A stretch of 64,000 nt of DNA from Bacillota bacterium (GCA_036721855.1 DAIMKF010000004.1:17834-81833), one strand, 5' to 3'; shown: positions 21,901-31,617, counted from the stretch's first letter. Numbers and translations: made by a program. Notes: generated by a model from the letters alone, not told the origin.

Positions 21901-22451
21901 GGTAGCACAAAGCGTACATTACTAAGCAGAAAGTCATCTTTGGTTTTTCCTTGATTGCCAGCTCCCTGACCGTGAGGTTTTTTTTCATCATAGGGACCAT
22001 CGCCAAAAAAGCCGCCAATAATAACCGCAACAACGTTTTCACCGTTTTTGAATTTACTGGCTCTGATACCAACACCTATAGAACCGTCGCTTGGAAACCG
22101 ACCGAGAAGTTTATTATTTATACTAATCTTATTGGCAGCATTGGATGTGCTATCAGTTTTAATATCCCGGCCTTCAACACCATCGCCACCTTGATATAAA
22201 AAACGGATTTCAGGTTTACAATCTTCCAAAGGATGAAGTGTCTTTCCATCTACCCTGAGAGTAAAGCTATCTCCTTCCTTACCACCTACATAAACTTGGG
22301 TAGTACCTGTAATATAGGTACACTCTTGTAAACTACAGGTATAATCGTCGGCTATAAACGAACTAGCTTCAGCGTGTGTAAAAATCATACCAATTAAAAT
22401 TAGGAATAAAAAAACCGGCACTGATATCGGCCATTTCTCCGACAAACTCAT
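18972..22451 (-). CDS. Large secreted calcineurin-like metallophosphoesterase (YvnB-like) with FIVAR/GA-like and beta-sandwich accessory domains
   Basis: WITDPQHY, INTGDLVD, VTGNHD, ICTHQY and LCGHNH metallophosphoesterase motifs. Signal peptide. LKVLVAKAKAL...Y..DSF..F..ALRAAEAIL is a FIVAR-like repeat. Confidence 0.8.
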   Translation of the reverse strand: MSLSEKWPISVPVFLFLILIGMIFTHAEASSFIADDYTCSLQECTYITGTTQVYVGGKEGDSFTLRVDGKTLHPLEDCKPEIRFLYQGGDGVEGRDIKTDSTSNAANKISINNKLLGRFPSDGSIGVGIRASKFKNGENVVAVIIGGFFGDGPYDEKKPHGQGAGNQGKTKDDFLLSNVRFVLPNGRVVIPDGFVSYKAKAVGSTEKVIRRYEPYPFKDDEKFWVGDGWGSYDTWAGNTTDKTIINSVDKGRFDIPYKVEFLLNYEKPDSEAIFELDTKAYKNGPQMVEVFVGESCVFRKELIIDNSLPVVTANIINQQNIENGFILEVTFSDEVTGLKTHLTRLEGQEIGKTPNLKTKLTDLKPGVHSLIFEASDKAGNTIYQSLYFNIVENAIPDYRISTTDDGSFSLLADSHRRCQVAFYEANPLEYTSYYGTFDGLKTQSKQASSIPNPVLGVTTKAVSAMPYHAFYVDVNGVKASSIKLSYQGETIEGERLALKAFNQKTLAWDTLATGRGQVNLLAEVDLDSYAKEGRLQVMAVTDYLTNGSDILLWITDPQHYTKFSDLNRFYDQMYQYAAEEYLKGNIGYLINTGDLVDDAPSSPLAKNQWEIADKAINYAEGVGVPSGVVTGNHDTGNYPSMDYSLFSQYFGADRYRTQPYYGGSLNNNACHYDLVTIGNHDLVVIYLGYGVEGTPETIAWANQILQRYSHRNAIICTHQYLSATTGGYDTNSRAKEIYNEIVLPNENVKLVLCGHNHGSIKLEKKIGSRVIYEILSDYQFIQLMPNSYYNGNRHYQGSVPDCNGEGYLRSMTFSGNLVKTKTFSPVTGGKNPFGLRDEFEITVDFQPPKRQLTTYAFAAVELGGEIETIVLEGGKTYQSRYTGSAEALVAAISTSSGSVYTVPLQFNLAKPKNPETLLTPADLYNLKVLVAKAKALDRADYLKDSFVNFESSLRAAEAILAFSNPSEDQTAKVYYDLFVAKTALQTKGEKTLDPDDLQVLYEYHLDLDNWVNSNGPVKLNATGSYLLATKTESGLRIEKTSDAPNGWPQMKYNTSPVTITPVDGKVYLYLDIDASSSWVLYPVVKQKNRTINFRLNYVIEGLGNIESDGGPGRFNGVFDITEAFKKYRFDLTQPLEITMMINAVPGPVAIKRLAIMTKK

Positions 22452-22760
22452 TTAATCTCAAACCCCCCGTTTACTAGTTAACTTTTTCAAAACTTGCTCT
22501 GAAAGTCTTTTTTATACAGATCCTTTCTCTCTATGTTGTTTCGGTAATCCTAATTTGATTTCCTAGCTGATTTCCAGTTGATAAATTTATATTTAATCTC
22601 AATTCAGTTTTCATTTATGCCAATCAAAAAAGGTTCTCTTAACCGTTACCCTTTTTCCTCTAGTCCAATTAATTATAAACAGAAAGTAGGTATCCTAATG
22701 AAGATACCTCTTTACTCAAGTAAATAATATTTATCCCTGGATGGGGTAGCTTTATACCCG

Positions 22761-22888
22761 TTACAATAGCGGTAAAGATTCGCCGGCTTCAACCTTTCCT
22801 CCCGGAATAGACCAATACCTGCTTTCATGGATTTTCTGTTTCCCAAGCAATATCTTGTTATCCATGTTTGAATTCCGGTTACTCTGAT
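22761..22888 (-). pseudogene. NUDIX hydrolase N-terminal remnant
   Basis: IRVTGI, then after a frameshift DNKILLGKQKIHESRYWSIPGGKVEAGESL, truncated within the Nudix box. Confidence 0.6.
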
Positions 22889-22947
22889 AACAAAAATATA
22901 ATTATGGTAACATTTCTAATTTCATTTGCAATAGTGGCTTTTGCGAT

Positions 22948-24921
22948 CTAATTTGGCTTCTTATAGTGATTGTTATGCGGTAAGTGTTTAGGCAAAGGTC
23001 TTTTTAACTCGTAAAATAATATCTCATAAAAATTATCATATTTACTGTCTATTGTCCCGCGATACTTGGCTTCATCCCGAAACATTATAGTTATTATTTT
23101 AGCTATAACAGCCTCTGGATTAAGAAATTGCAAACCTATTTCATTACTTTTTTTCCAGGTAACCTTGGTGGCTAAATTACCCAAATCCTCTGATTTAACT
23201 TTAATTACCTCACCTATTTGCGGAGAGACCGGTTTTGCAAAGCCAACTCTAAGGCCACCTTCTGAAATATCAAGAATTCTACCTTCCTGGCAACATCCAA
23301 TTTCTGTTTCACAACAAATTTCAGCACCTAGATCAGTAGCGAAGCGTTCCTTGTGTCTAATTCTTGGTCGTTCAATTGTAACCAGTACGGCTACAATTAA
23401 ACCTAGGCTGTTGTAGATAATCCAAAAGAGGTTTATGGTATATAAATCATATCGTATTTGATCAGTCCTAAACATATGGTTTAGAATAAAGCCTGCCGCT
23501 ATTAGATTCGTAAGAAGTACAATAATATGTGGGTGAGCTAATTTAACATTAAGTCCTCCTTTATCTTCTTCTCTGGTTTTTGGTGTTACAACAAACTTAG
23601 TATCCGGGAGGAACAATTCTTTAATAACTGCCCAGGAAGCAAAAGGTGCTAAAACCGTATCATAGATATGAGCCCAAGCCATAGTGCGATCACTTTTAAA
23701 AAGACTTCTAAACTGAATTACAGAAGCTAAATAACCCGGCAAGAAAAAAGCCACTAGTTTTAAAGGTTCTACGTTTAAAACACTTACTCCTAAAAAGGTA
23801 ACCAGCGAAGGGGTTAAAATAAAAACCATTTTTCTTAAACCATAAAACCAATAGACGATGCTGTCGGTATATAAAAGTTTTTGCATAAAACTTAAGCCTG
23901 GCAGCCTCCATATCCGCCAGTTTTTGGCAATTTGAATACCACCGCGGGCCCAACGATCTCTTTGTTTTACCAAATCACTAAACTTATCGGGAGATAAGCC
24001 CAAGGCTAAAGTGTCTTTAATAAAAACCGATTTGTAACCTTTGTTTTGTAAAAGCATCCCGGTTAACATATCTTCGGTAATACTTCCATAGGGAACTCCA
24101 CCAATCTCCAAAAGAGCAGACCTTCTAAATATGGCATTTGTACCCACATGCATAACGGCGTTATATCTGGCTTTACCGGCTTGTATTTTGCGCATAAAGA
24201 AATCCTGCTCATTGGGGATGAAGTTTTCCATATAAAGATTATACTGGAAAGGATCAGCGTTATAAAAAACTTGCGGGGTTTGGACAAAGCCAACTTTGGG
24301 ATCTGTAAATTGAGGTAAAATCCTTTTTAAGATTCTAGGATGTGGAACCATATCCGCATCTAAAAGCAGAATAAATTCCCCTTTTGTTTGAGTTAAGGCG
24401 TTATTTATATTCCCGGCTTTGGCATGTTTGTTATCAGTTCTGGTAATATAACCTATACCTAATTGGTCTGCCAGTTCTTTAACCTTTTGGCGTCTCCCGT
24501 CATCACAAAGAAAAATATTTACTTTTTCCTTCGGATAATCGATATTTAAACAACCTATAGCTGTCAGTTTGAGCAATTCCTCCGGTTCATTGTAAGTAGA
24601 GATCAAAATATCAACCGTTGGAAGCTCTAAAAACGAATCCAGGGATGCCGGTGGTTCTTTGTAATCTTCCCAAAACAATACCTTAAATATTAAAGACTGT
24701 ATATGCCCAATGGCTTCGGCCATAAATAACAAAAAGGCGAAGAAAAAATTTATCACTGAATCGGTAGGAAGCGTAAAAAATGCTCGCCAGAATAAATAGA
24801 CAATGCTATAGACGGAGGAAAGAACTATAAATGCTTTTCGTCCTTTTTTAGATCTTTTTGCTAACAGACTGCTTACAATTAGTATACAAATAGAGAAAAG
24901 ACCTAAATAAATATAGTTCAT
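22948..24921 (-). CDS. bcsA: Cellulose synthase catalytic subunit-like GT2 with C-terminal PilZ domain
   Basis: DDG, HAKAGNIN, DAD, QTPQ, TED and QRDRW motifs. PilZ motifs RHKER and DISEGG. N- and C-terminal TM helices. Confidence 0.85.
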   Translation of the reverse strand: MNYIYLGLFSICILIVSSLLAKRSKKGRKAFIVLSSVYSIVYLFWRAFFTLPTDSVINFFFAFLLFMAEAIGHIQSLIFKVLFWEDYKEPPASLDSFLELPTVDILISTYNEPEELLKLTAIGCLNIDYPKEKVNIFLCDDGRRQKVKELADQLGIGYITRTDNKHAKAGNINNALTQTKGEFILLLDADMVPHPRILKRILPQFTDPKVGFVQTPQVFYNADPFQYNLYMENFIPNEQDFFMRKIQAGKARYNAVMHVGTNAIFRRSALLEIGGVPYGSITEDMLTGMLLQNKGYKSVFIKDTLALGLSPDKFSDLVKQRDRWARGGIQIAKNWRIWRLPGLSFMQKLLYTDSIVYWFYGLRKMVFILTPSLVTFLGVSVLNVEPLKLVAFFLPGYLASVIQFRSLFKSDRTMAWAHIYDTVLAPFASWAVIKELFLPDTKFVVTPKTREEDKGGLNVKLAHPHIIVLLTNLIAAGFILNHMFRTDQIRYDLYTINLFWIIYNSLGLIVAVLVTIERPRIRHKERFATDLGAEICCETEIGCCQEGRILDISEGGLRVGFAKPVSPQIGEVIKVKSEDLGNLATKVTWKKSNEIGLQFLNPEAVIAKIITIMFRDEAKYRGTIDSKYDNFYEILFYELKRPLPKHLPHNNHYKKPN

Positions 24922-25000
24922 ATGAGTATCATCTCCTTTTTATACAGTAGCCTAAAAGAAGTTGCTTTAACCTCAATTACCTAAGATGCAGTCAAAGATA

Positions 25001-26125
25001 TTATTTAGCCATAATTGCAGTTGAAAGAAGATAAATCCTATCCAGGGGGTATTTGTTAGTGGCAGTTCGATATTTATCCGCACCAGATTCGAACATTATA
25101 TAAAGCTCATCTTTGGCTAAAACAATTCCCTCTGCCAGAGGTGGCAGGGTGATTTTCTTTGGCTTTTTATTTAACTCTAAAAACCAAAGGGGTACCTTTT
25201 TACCGTTAAGATTAACCGCTAAATCTTCTTTATCTTTAAGGATGTTATTAAAACCATAAAGATAACTGTTATTAGCACGACCATAGGACTGACTTAAAAA
25301 GATCGCATCCTCTGAAAAAGCCAACCCCTGTATTTTATTTATATGGGCTAAAATACCCTCCGGATGGCCATCTGCCGGGAAATTATCATTTTCCAGACGA
25401 TAACCTACCGTCCAAGCTAAATATTCATTGCCAGAGCTGCTCTTTATATGGTGAGATTCTTTATGGGGATATTTCAAGTAATCAGCATGACTTTTTTCCA
25501 AAGTAAACTCACCCACCCAAAGATAGCCTTCGTGGTAGCTGATAAACGACGCCCTAGTCTCTACATCGTGAATAGATTCGGCAATTAATTTGGAGTTATA
25601 AGCTTGACCAACAACCTCATCCAAGTCAAACCTATAGACTTTAGCATCAGAAGCAATCCATAGGTGTCTTTTGCTTACAGTTACTCCACCGGCATGTCCG
25701 GTATAGATTGTTTTACTATCTAGATATAAGTTAAAAGCTTTAATGAGTTTTCCTGAATTATTATCTATTACAAATAAAACTGTGGGCGTATCTTTTTGAT
25801 TCGCATAGATGGTGCCTATAAGCCAATTCTTTTCCGGCAGATAGGTAAGTCCCTGAGGTATATAATTTTGACTTAAAGCCGGAATAACCGGTCCCGCCGT
25901 AACGCAGTTGAAAAATAAGCTATATTCAAAAGGTATAGGCTTGTTTTTGCTACCTACAGTCTCAAGCTGATTTAAATTAAGTAAAATATCTTTTGGGAAT
26001 TCTTGCATTTTGCTACCCTCAATTTCATCAAGTTCTTTGTTGAATGTAGTTTCGGAAAAACTAATCGGGGCTAAAACAACTGCAGCCAAGAAAACTAATA
26101 GTACGGTTTTTAGAGTTAATTTCAT
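25001..26125 (-). CDS. Secreted beta-propeller-like hypothetical protein
   Basis: Signal peptide from ATG 26125 (MKLTLKTVLLVFLAAVVLAP). Repeated blade-like motifs IPQGLTY, GHAGGVT, IQGLAF, LAEGIV. Confidence 0.65.
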   Translation of the reverse strand: MKLTLKTVLLVFLAAVVLAPISFSETTFNKELDEIEGSKMQEFPKDILLNLNQLETVGSKNKPIPFEYSLFFNCVTAGPVIPALSQNYIPQGLTYLPEKNWLIGTIYANQKDTPTVLFVIDNNSGKLIKAFNLYLDSKTIYTGHAGGVTVSKRHLWIASDAKVYRFDLDEVVGQAYNSKLIAESIHDVETRASFISYHEGYLWVGEFTLEKSHADYLKYPHKESHHIKSSSGNEYLAWTVGYRLENDNFPADGHPEGILAHINKIQGLAFSEDAIFLSQSYGRANNSYLYGFNNILKDKEDLAVNLNGKKVPLWFLELNKKPKKITLPPLAEGIVLAKDELYIMFESGADKYRTATNKYPLDRIYLLSTAIMAK

Positions 26126-26169
26126 TAATAAGACCTTCCTTAGTAAACACTCAATTGGCTTTGAAAAAG

Positions 26170-26754
26170 TTAATAGTATTTCCAGAAGTCTAGATAACAT
26201 TGATAAGTCAATCTATCAAAGCAGACCAAATAAACTTTTTGTAAAATATCATCAGGATAAAAAAACAGCCTATTTGCTATGGTTCTAAAAGCGATCGCAG
26301 TTGCCTCTTTAAGAGGATAACCATAAGCACCCGTGCTAATAGCCGGAAAGGCTAGGGTTTTGATTTTATTTTCAACTGCGATTTTAATCGAATTAGCATA
26401 ACATGCCTCAAGTAACTCAGCTTCGTTGTTTTGGCCACCCTGCCAAATAGGCCCGACGGTATGAATAACATATTTGGCTGGCAAAAGATAACCTTTGGTT
26501 ATTTTAGCTTGCCCTGTTTTACAACCAACAAGAGTTTGACATTCTCTGAGCAATTCTTCCCCAGCGGCTTTATGTATAGCTCCATCAACCCCGCCTCCGC
26601 CAAGAAGGCTAGGGTTGGCAGCATTAACAATGGCCTCCACTTTCATCTTGGTAAGATCACCTTTTACAACTTGAATCCGGGTTTTTTCTCGCTTATTAAA
26701 TGGCAGTACATTCACCCCCGTTTTTAAATCATTTTCGCTGTAAATCACCCCCAT
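26170..26754 (-). CDS. Macro domain protein (O-acetyl-ADP-ribose deacetylase-like)
   Basis: GDLTKMKVEAIVNAANPSLLGGGGVDGAIHKAAG, VIHTVGP, AFPAISTGAYGYP. The exact start is uncertain. Confidence 0.92.
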   Translation of the reverse strand: MGVIYSENDLKTGVNVLPFNKREKTRIQVVKGDLTKMKVEAIVNAANPSLLGGGGVDGAIHKAAGEELLRECQTLVGCKTGQAKITKGYLLPAKYVIHTVGPIWQGGQNNEAELLEACYANSIKIAVENKIKTLAFPAISTGAYGYPLKEATAIAFRTIANRLFFYPDDILQKVYLVCFDRLTYQCYLDFWKYY

Positions 26755-26826
26755 CTAACTAGCATTTTAAAACCCAAAATTTTAAGGATTTTATCTATTT
26801 TAGTCGAATAGGTGTAATAGGAATAT

Positions 26827-27321
26827 TTGTTTAGCTTGAAAAAAAGAAGCTTTTTAGAAAGGTTGTGTTGTTCTAATGTCCAAAGAAGTGTTAAACCATT
26901 CACTTCTGCACTTTACCCTTCGCTTTGCAATAATACACACACTCACCTATTTGTTTTTTGGAATAGTGATATGCTCCTAAGTAACTACTTCGATATTTTT
27001 GTAAGCGATCCTGTTCTAAGTACAGTCATGAAACTGGCTGATGCACTTTCTGTTAGACTTGCACCCCTAGTGCAAATTTTTAGAGGCGCTTTGCTTGCCC
27101 TGGCCATCTACCCCTTTAGATCAGTTATCTTTACCTCCAAGTATGGTTGGTTGAAGTTGTTTTGGCTGCTTTATGTTCTTACAAGTATTGGCGCTGTTAT
27201 TACATATACCACCTTTAGTTATAATCCCTTAATTGGTGTGCCGGAAATAACTTTACAAATGTTGGCTTTTTCCTGGCTCTTTGCTCGTCCTAAAATCACT
27301 TCTTTTTCAGCAAAAGCTTAA
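26827..27321 (+). CDS. Hypothetical membrane protein, probably truncated or degenerate
   Basis: LAPLVQIFRGALLALAIYPFRSVIF..KYGWLKLFWL resembles a conserved membrane family. The N-terminus is poor and there is no clear RBS. Confidence 0.4.
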   Translation: MFSLKKRSFLERLCCSNVQRSVKPFTSALYPSLCNNTHTHLFVFWNSDMLLSNYFDIFVSDPVLSTVMKLADALSVRLAPLVQIFRGALLALAIYPFRSVIFTSKYGWLKLFWLLYVLTSIGAVITYTTFSYNPLIGVPEITLQMLAFSWLFARPKITSFSAKA

Positions 27322-27477
27322 GTGTCTAGGTTCATCTACGATCTCAGAACATATTTATTTTGCAAAACAGAGCTTGAACAAAAGTATTATTAAGGCATGG
27401 GAGTATTAAGTTTAAAAAACATTATGTATTTGATTGGCACAATTGCATCGCTTTATATTTAAAGGAGTGAATTAGAC

Positions 27478-27636
27478 ATGGATATATTACTTATTCGACG
27501 CGAAGAGTCTTATCATAGTGCTTTTGATAACTATAATCCCGAGAAATGCTACCCTAACCCAGAGCTAACAGACAATGGCAAAAGATAAGCAACGCAGCTT
27601 GCACAAAAGCTTGCAGAAAAAGGTATTTTAACCTAA
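27478..27636 (+). pseudogene. Histidine phosphatase (PGAM-family) N-terminal remnant
   Basis: AAGGAG RBS, then MDILLIRREESY...PELTDNGKR*ATQLAQKL. The RHGES motif has decayed to RREES and there is an internal TAA. Confidence 0.6.
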
Positions 27637-27968
27637 GTTATCTTACCCTTTACTGTAAATCTAGAACATCGTCTCGTTTAAACTCCTTTTATGCTTTAAA
27701 CTATGTTTGCAGCTTTTTATATGCTTTAAGCAGTGTTACGACTTCTCACAGCTTTATTTTTTCGTTAAACTTTTATTAGGAGAATCTATTCATACTCATT
27801 TTCTCTTCTATTTTATCTTTTTTTCTAAGTATATAATTCTAGCAGAAGACAGTAATTAATAGGAACTTAGTGAAACAATAACTTATTGATTGACCGGCAA
27901 TTTATCTACAAACACGAAGAATTAAATAAGCTTTGAGTTTTTTGTTTGTAGAATTAAGGAGTGATAAT

Positions 27969-29270
27969 ATGCGTTTTTTTAAAAGTACCTTGGTTTTAAT
28001 ACTGCTACTTTTTATCTTTACTGTAGCTATTTATGCTGCTGATAAAATATCAGTTTGGTTAACTGGACATCCCAATGAAGAAATGGCCATTATCAAAGCT
28101 TTAACCGAGAGTGAGTTTACTTCCCAAACCGGAATTGCCGTTGAATACAATAACCTTTCCTGGGGCGATTTTGAAAATCGCTTTTTAATGGCAGCCGCCT
28201 CGGGCGAAGCTCCTGATGTAGGTGCCTCGGGAGCCTTGTTCTTACCGGATTTAGGCGTAAGAGGAGCCATGATCGATCTTACCAACATGCCTGATTTTAA
28301 AGGAGTCTATGCCAGAACCTATCCCGGTTTTTACCTTTCTTTACAATACAAAGGCTTAACTTTCGGTATTCCCTATACTGCTTCAGTATCGACTTTGTAT
28401 CAAAGAGATGATATCTTAAGAAACTTAGGTATTCAATCTCTTAGCAGTTGGGATGAACTTAAGCAGGTATTGCCAAAACTCCAGGCCAATAACACCAACT
28501 TTTCTTTGCAATGGTTTTTATCTGAAACTCTCTATGCCGATATTTATATGTTCATGTGGCAAAGAGGTGCCGATGACTACAATGCCGACTTGACCAAATC
28601 GGGTTATGACACACCCGAATTCATTGCGGCGTTTAAAGAATATACCGACCTTTATACCAAATATAAAATCCCCAAAGAGATCCCTGTTTTTCAGGCTTTT
28701 GTTAACGGAGATTTAGCCATGGTAATTCAGTATCCGGAATTTTACCAAAACCTAACCTATAGCGCTCCCCAAATTGCCGGCAAATGGAGTATGACTCGAG
28801 TCCTTGGTACAAAAGTAGGTGGACAAGTAAATAACATCAGCGGTGCCGGGGGTTGTGCACTTGGTATCTTTACTTCCTCTAAGAAGAAAAATCAAAGCTG
28901 GGAATTTATCAAATGGCTAACAGCTGAAGAAACTCAACTCGCTATTGCCAATAAAATTATGACTCAAATTAAGGGAGCCTTATTTCTACCTTCAAATAAT
29001 GGTTCTGTTAATAAAATCCCTCTTCCTAAAGATGCTCTCGAGACATTTTCCTTGGCTTTGAGTACCGGTACTGGTTTTAGATATGGACTGGTTGCTCCCA
29101 GACACCGACGCCGCTATCTACAGATGGCTGCCCAGAAAGTTGTTTTGCATGGAGTCGACCCGGAAGAAGCCATCCGTGAGGCAGCTGCTGAGCATAACGT
29201 GGAGATTAAAAGAAAACAGGTTGAGTATGATCGCTATATTAAAAAGCTGTTAGAACAACAGAAAAAATAA
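27969..29270 (+). CDS. Carbohydrate ABC transporter extracellular solute-binding protein (orphan)
   Basis: Signal peptide, KISVW...FTSQTGIAVE...GEAPDV, SKKKNQSWEFIKW. Paralogous to 17499-18785. Confidence 0.85.
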   Translation: MRFFKSTLVLILLLFIFTVAIYAADKISVWLTGHPNEEMAIIKALTESEFTSQTGIAVEYNNLSWGDFENRFLMAAASGEAPDVGASGALFLPDLGVRGAMIDLTNMPDFKGVYARTYPGFYLSLQYKGLTFGIPYTASVSTLYQRDDILRNLGIQSLSSWDELKQVLPKLQANNTNFSLQWFLSETLYADIYMFMWQRGADDYNADLTKSGYDTPEFIAAFKEYTDLYTKYKIPKEIPVFQAFVNGDLAMVIQYPEFYQNLTYSAPQIAGKWSMTRVLGTKVGGQVNNISGAGGCALGIFTSSKKKNQSWEFIKWLTAEETQLAIANKIMTQIKGALFLPSNNGSVNKIPLPKDALETFSLALSTGTGFRYGLVAPRHRRRYLQMAAQKVVLHGVDPEEAIREAAAEHNVEIKRKQVEYDRYIKKLLEQQKK

Positions 29271-29309
29271 GGGCGTTCTTGCTTTCTTAGCCCATCTTGG
29301 TTTAATAAT

Positions 29310-29342
29310 AAAAAGCTGGAGACAAAAGGTTTCCAGCTTTTT
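29310..29342. terminator. Bidirectional terminator
   Basis: AAAAAGCTGGA...TCCAGCTTTTT between convergent genes. Confidence 0.75.
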
Positions 29343-29377
29343 ATTACATATAAATTTGAATACGCCACAGTTTCTAA

Positions 29378-30775
29378 CTATATTATCTTAAAAGACTGGC
29401 TTTTTTTAACATCAATTGCAGGTAAGTTGCCCTTTGAGTTGTAAGATGTGGCTATTAAGTTCTTTATAAGGATATCTTTCCCTAATCTTAGCTTGACAGC
29501 ACTAAATGATTGGCTAAAAGCCGGATTGTACTCCCAGTTAATAACTACTTCATTAATTTCTATATTTTTTACATAGCGCAGATAAAGGTTACAGGGTGCA
29601 AAATGGTGCTGGCCATAGTTGGGGATGGGATCTGGAATATCCAGCTCATAGAGCTTTTTTTTAGGCTTAATTAGAAAGTTTAGCTGTTTTAGGGTCACAT
29701 CACTAATCCAGTCATCTTTAGTGCCTATAAGTGTAGCCACTCCGTTGGCTCTTACTCTACAGTCTCTGATTGTAACCTTACTGATTGAGCCGCGATCTGT
29801 CATCAGAAAAAACGGAGTTCCTTCCTGCTCTAAGGAAATTTCTAAATTTTCACAGACTATATCTTCGATCTGTCCGTATTGGGCAGTCACATTGACTACA
29901 CCGGCCGCGTTTAGCACTTTACAATGGTAAATTTTCACATCACTAACTTTATAAAAGCTGCCATCGTCTTTGATAAAACTGTCTAAGCCTGTATATATTC
30001 TTAGCACATTAACCGCCGAATTAAAGGTGCAATTACGAATAACAGTGCCTTTAGAAAACCCGGAATCATTCCCGTCTACTGCCAAGGAATCATCACCGGT
30101 TTGAAAATAACAGTCTTCGACTAAGACATTTAAACAGGAACTGAAGTGGTAACCATCCGTATTGGGACCATAGAAATTATTTTCAACCCGACAAGCTTGA
30201 AAATGTACATTTCGGCAAGAAAGTAGCCAGGCTGAATAAGCCGGTGAATCCCGAATAATTAATGACTTTACGTTGACATTTTGGCAGTTTTTTAGTAGCA
30301 GGGTCATGGGACGAAAAGGCTTGGCATAGTACCTAGGTGGAGTTGAACACCACAATTCGCCAATCTCTTGCATCGGTGTCCAAAAAGCCTCACCACATCC
30401 TATAATAACACCACCTTCTATTCCTATATCACAGCTATCTTGGGCATAGATCATGGCATAACCTAAATCCGGTGTGTTTATGGAAAGATCATTTTGCTTT
30501 AGATGGAGGGGATAGAATTGAGCCGCCTCAACAGGAGATATTAAAAAGCAATCTGAAGCAAGACGCAATGTTACCCGGCTTTTAATTTCAATTGAACTTG
30601 TCAGATATTTACCGGAGGGAATAAAAACATTACCTCCACCAAGGTTATGACATCTATCGATTGCCATTTGAATATAAGTTCTGGTTTTAGTAAGATCATT
30701 TCTTTCGTTAAGCGGAATTGAAACAGTTAATTCATTTTTCATAGTTTTCATCCCTTTTTTACCTTTAAAAAGCAT
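29378..30775 (-). CDS. GH28-like (polygalacturonase-family) glycoside hydrolase, cytoplasmic
   Basis: IQMAIDRC...GGGNVFIPSGKYL, IIRDSPAY, PNTDG, TGDDSLAV. No signal peptide. Confidence 0.8.
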   Translation of the reverse strand: MLFKGKKGMKTMKNELTVSIPLNERNDLTKTRTYIQMAIDRCHNLGGGNVFIPSGKYLTSSIEIKSRVTLRLASDCFLISPVEAAQFYPLHLKQNDLSINTPDLGYAMIYAQDSCDIGIEGGVIIGCGEAFWTPMQEIGELWCSTPPRYYAKPFRPMTLLLKNCQNVNVKSLIIRDSPAYSAWLLSCRNVHFQACRVENNFYGPNTDGYHFSSCLNVLVEDCYFQTGDDSLAVDGNDSGFSKGTVIRNCTFNSAVNVLRIYTGLDSFIKDDGSFYKVSDVKIYHCKVLNAAGVVNVTAQYGQIEDIVCENLEISLEQEGTPFFLMTDRGSISKVTIRDCRVRANGVATLIGTKDDWISDVTLKQLNFLIKPKKKLYELDIPDPIPNYGQHHFAPCNLYLRYVKNIEINEVVINWEYNPAFSQSFSAVKLRLGKDILIKNLIATSYNSKGNLPAIDVKKSQSFKII

Positions 30776-30933
30776 TATGGCTGTTAGGGTGTACTCTTGT
30801 TTTTAGATATTCAAAACTTTCCAAAGGATTATAATATTTATTGGAACCCCCTTTATTGTAAGTTGTCATCTTGCTCTCGTACAGTAAGAACTGTGTTGAA
30901 AAGTTATTGAATCCTGCAAAGTATAGCGACAAA

Positions 30934-30981
30934 AAAAGACTGGAGTACCTTCCATAAAATTAAAAGATACTCCAGTCTTTT
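30934..30981. terminator. Terminator hairpin
   Basis: AAAAGACTGGAGTA...TACTCCAGTCTTTT. Confidence 0.65.
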
Positions 30982-30989
30982 AACCATAT

Positions 30990-31400
30990 CTAATCAAGTT
31001 GCTTGATAATAACATTCTCAATTTTAGTATTATCATCACTTGTACTTGTTGAGCGAAGCCAGATAAAACCTGCCTCTTTGAAGGGACCTACACCAACTTC
31101 ATCTTCAATAACAAGGTTATCAGCTTTAGTAAGCTTAACCTGAACTGTTTCACCTTGAACAGTAACCTTAAAATGTACACGATCACCCCAAGCCATAGGT
31201 GTATTAATTGTTGCGTAGCTATTATAATCAGGTGCCCAGTTGCCATTTTCCCAGCGTCGCATACGAATATCTATGGCTGTTATTAGATCAATTCCCGGAC
31301 CATAGTAATAAGGAGCACCTTCACAAGTACTGCGAAGAATAATCATAGTACGACCGTTTTTAGAATGTCTTAACCTAAATGGATAAACTGCTACACAAAC
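30990..31400 (-). pseudogene. C-terminal fragment of a beta-sandwich (ConA/DUF1080-like) protein
   Basis: Strand-rich sequence (VHFKVTVQGETVQVKL...GFIWLR...TKIENVIIK). The frame is open only to a TAA at 31401-31403 and there is no RBS. Confidence 0.4.
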
Positions 31401-31617
31401 TTATATTCACTCTGCTAATTCACTCCAAGAATTAGTTGCTCTGGAGAAAGCCTTTTTTCTCATAGGTGCTATTTAAATGTTAAAATATCATTAAGAACTA
31501 AATTTTTGAAAAAAACCTGGTGCCTCTATAAATAATAACAGCAACAATATTGTCTTCTTGTGAGTGATGACTATCTCTTGACTGACTCTTCAATAAATCT
31601 TTAAGGAGCTTATTGAT

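Noticed and set aside
24921-26830. c-di-GMP riboswitch upstream of the bcsA-like gene or its putative operon
   Set aside because: The intergenic gaps are too short and lack GEMM-I/II consensus motifs.
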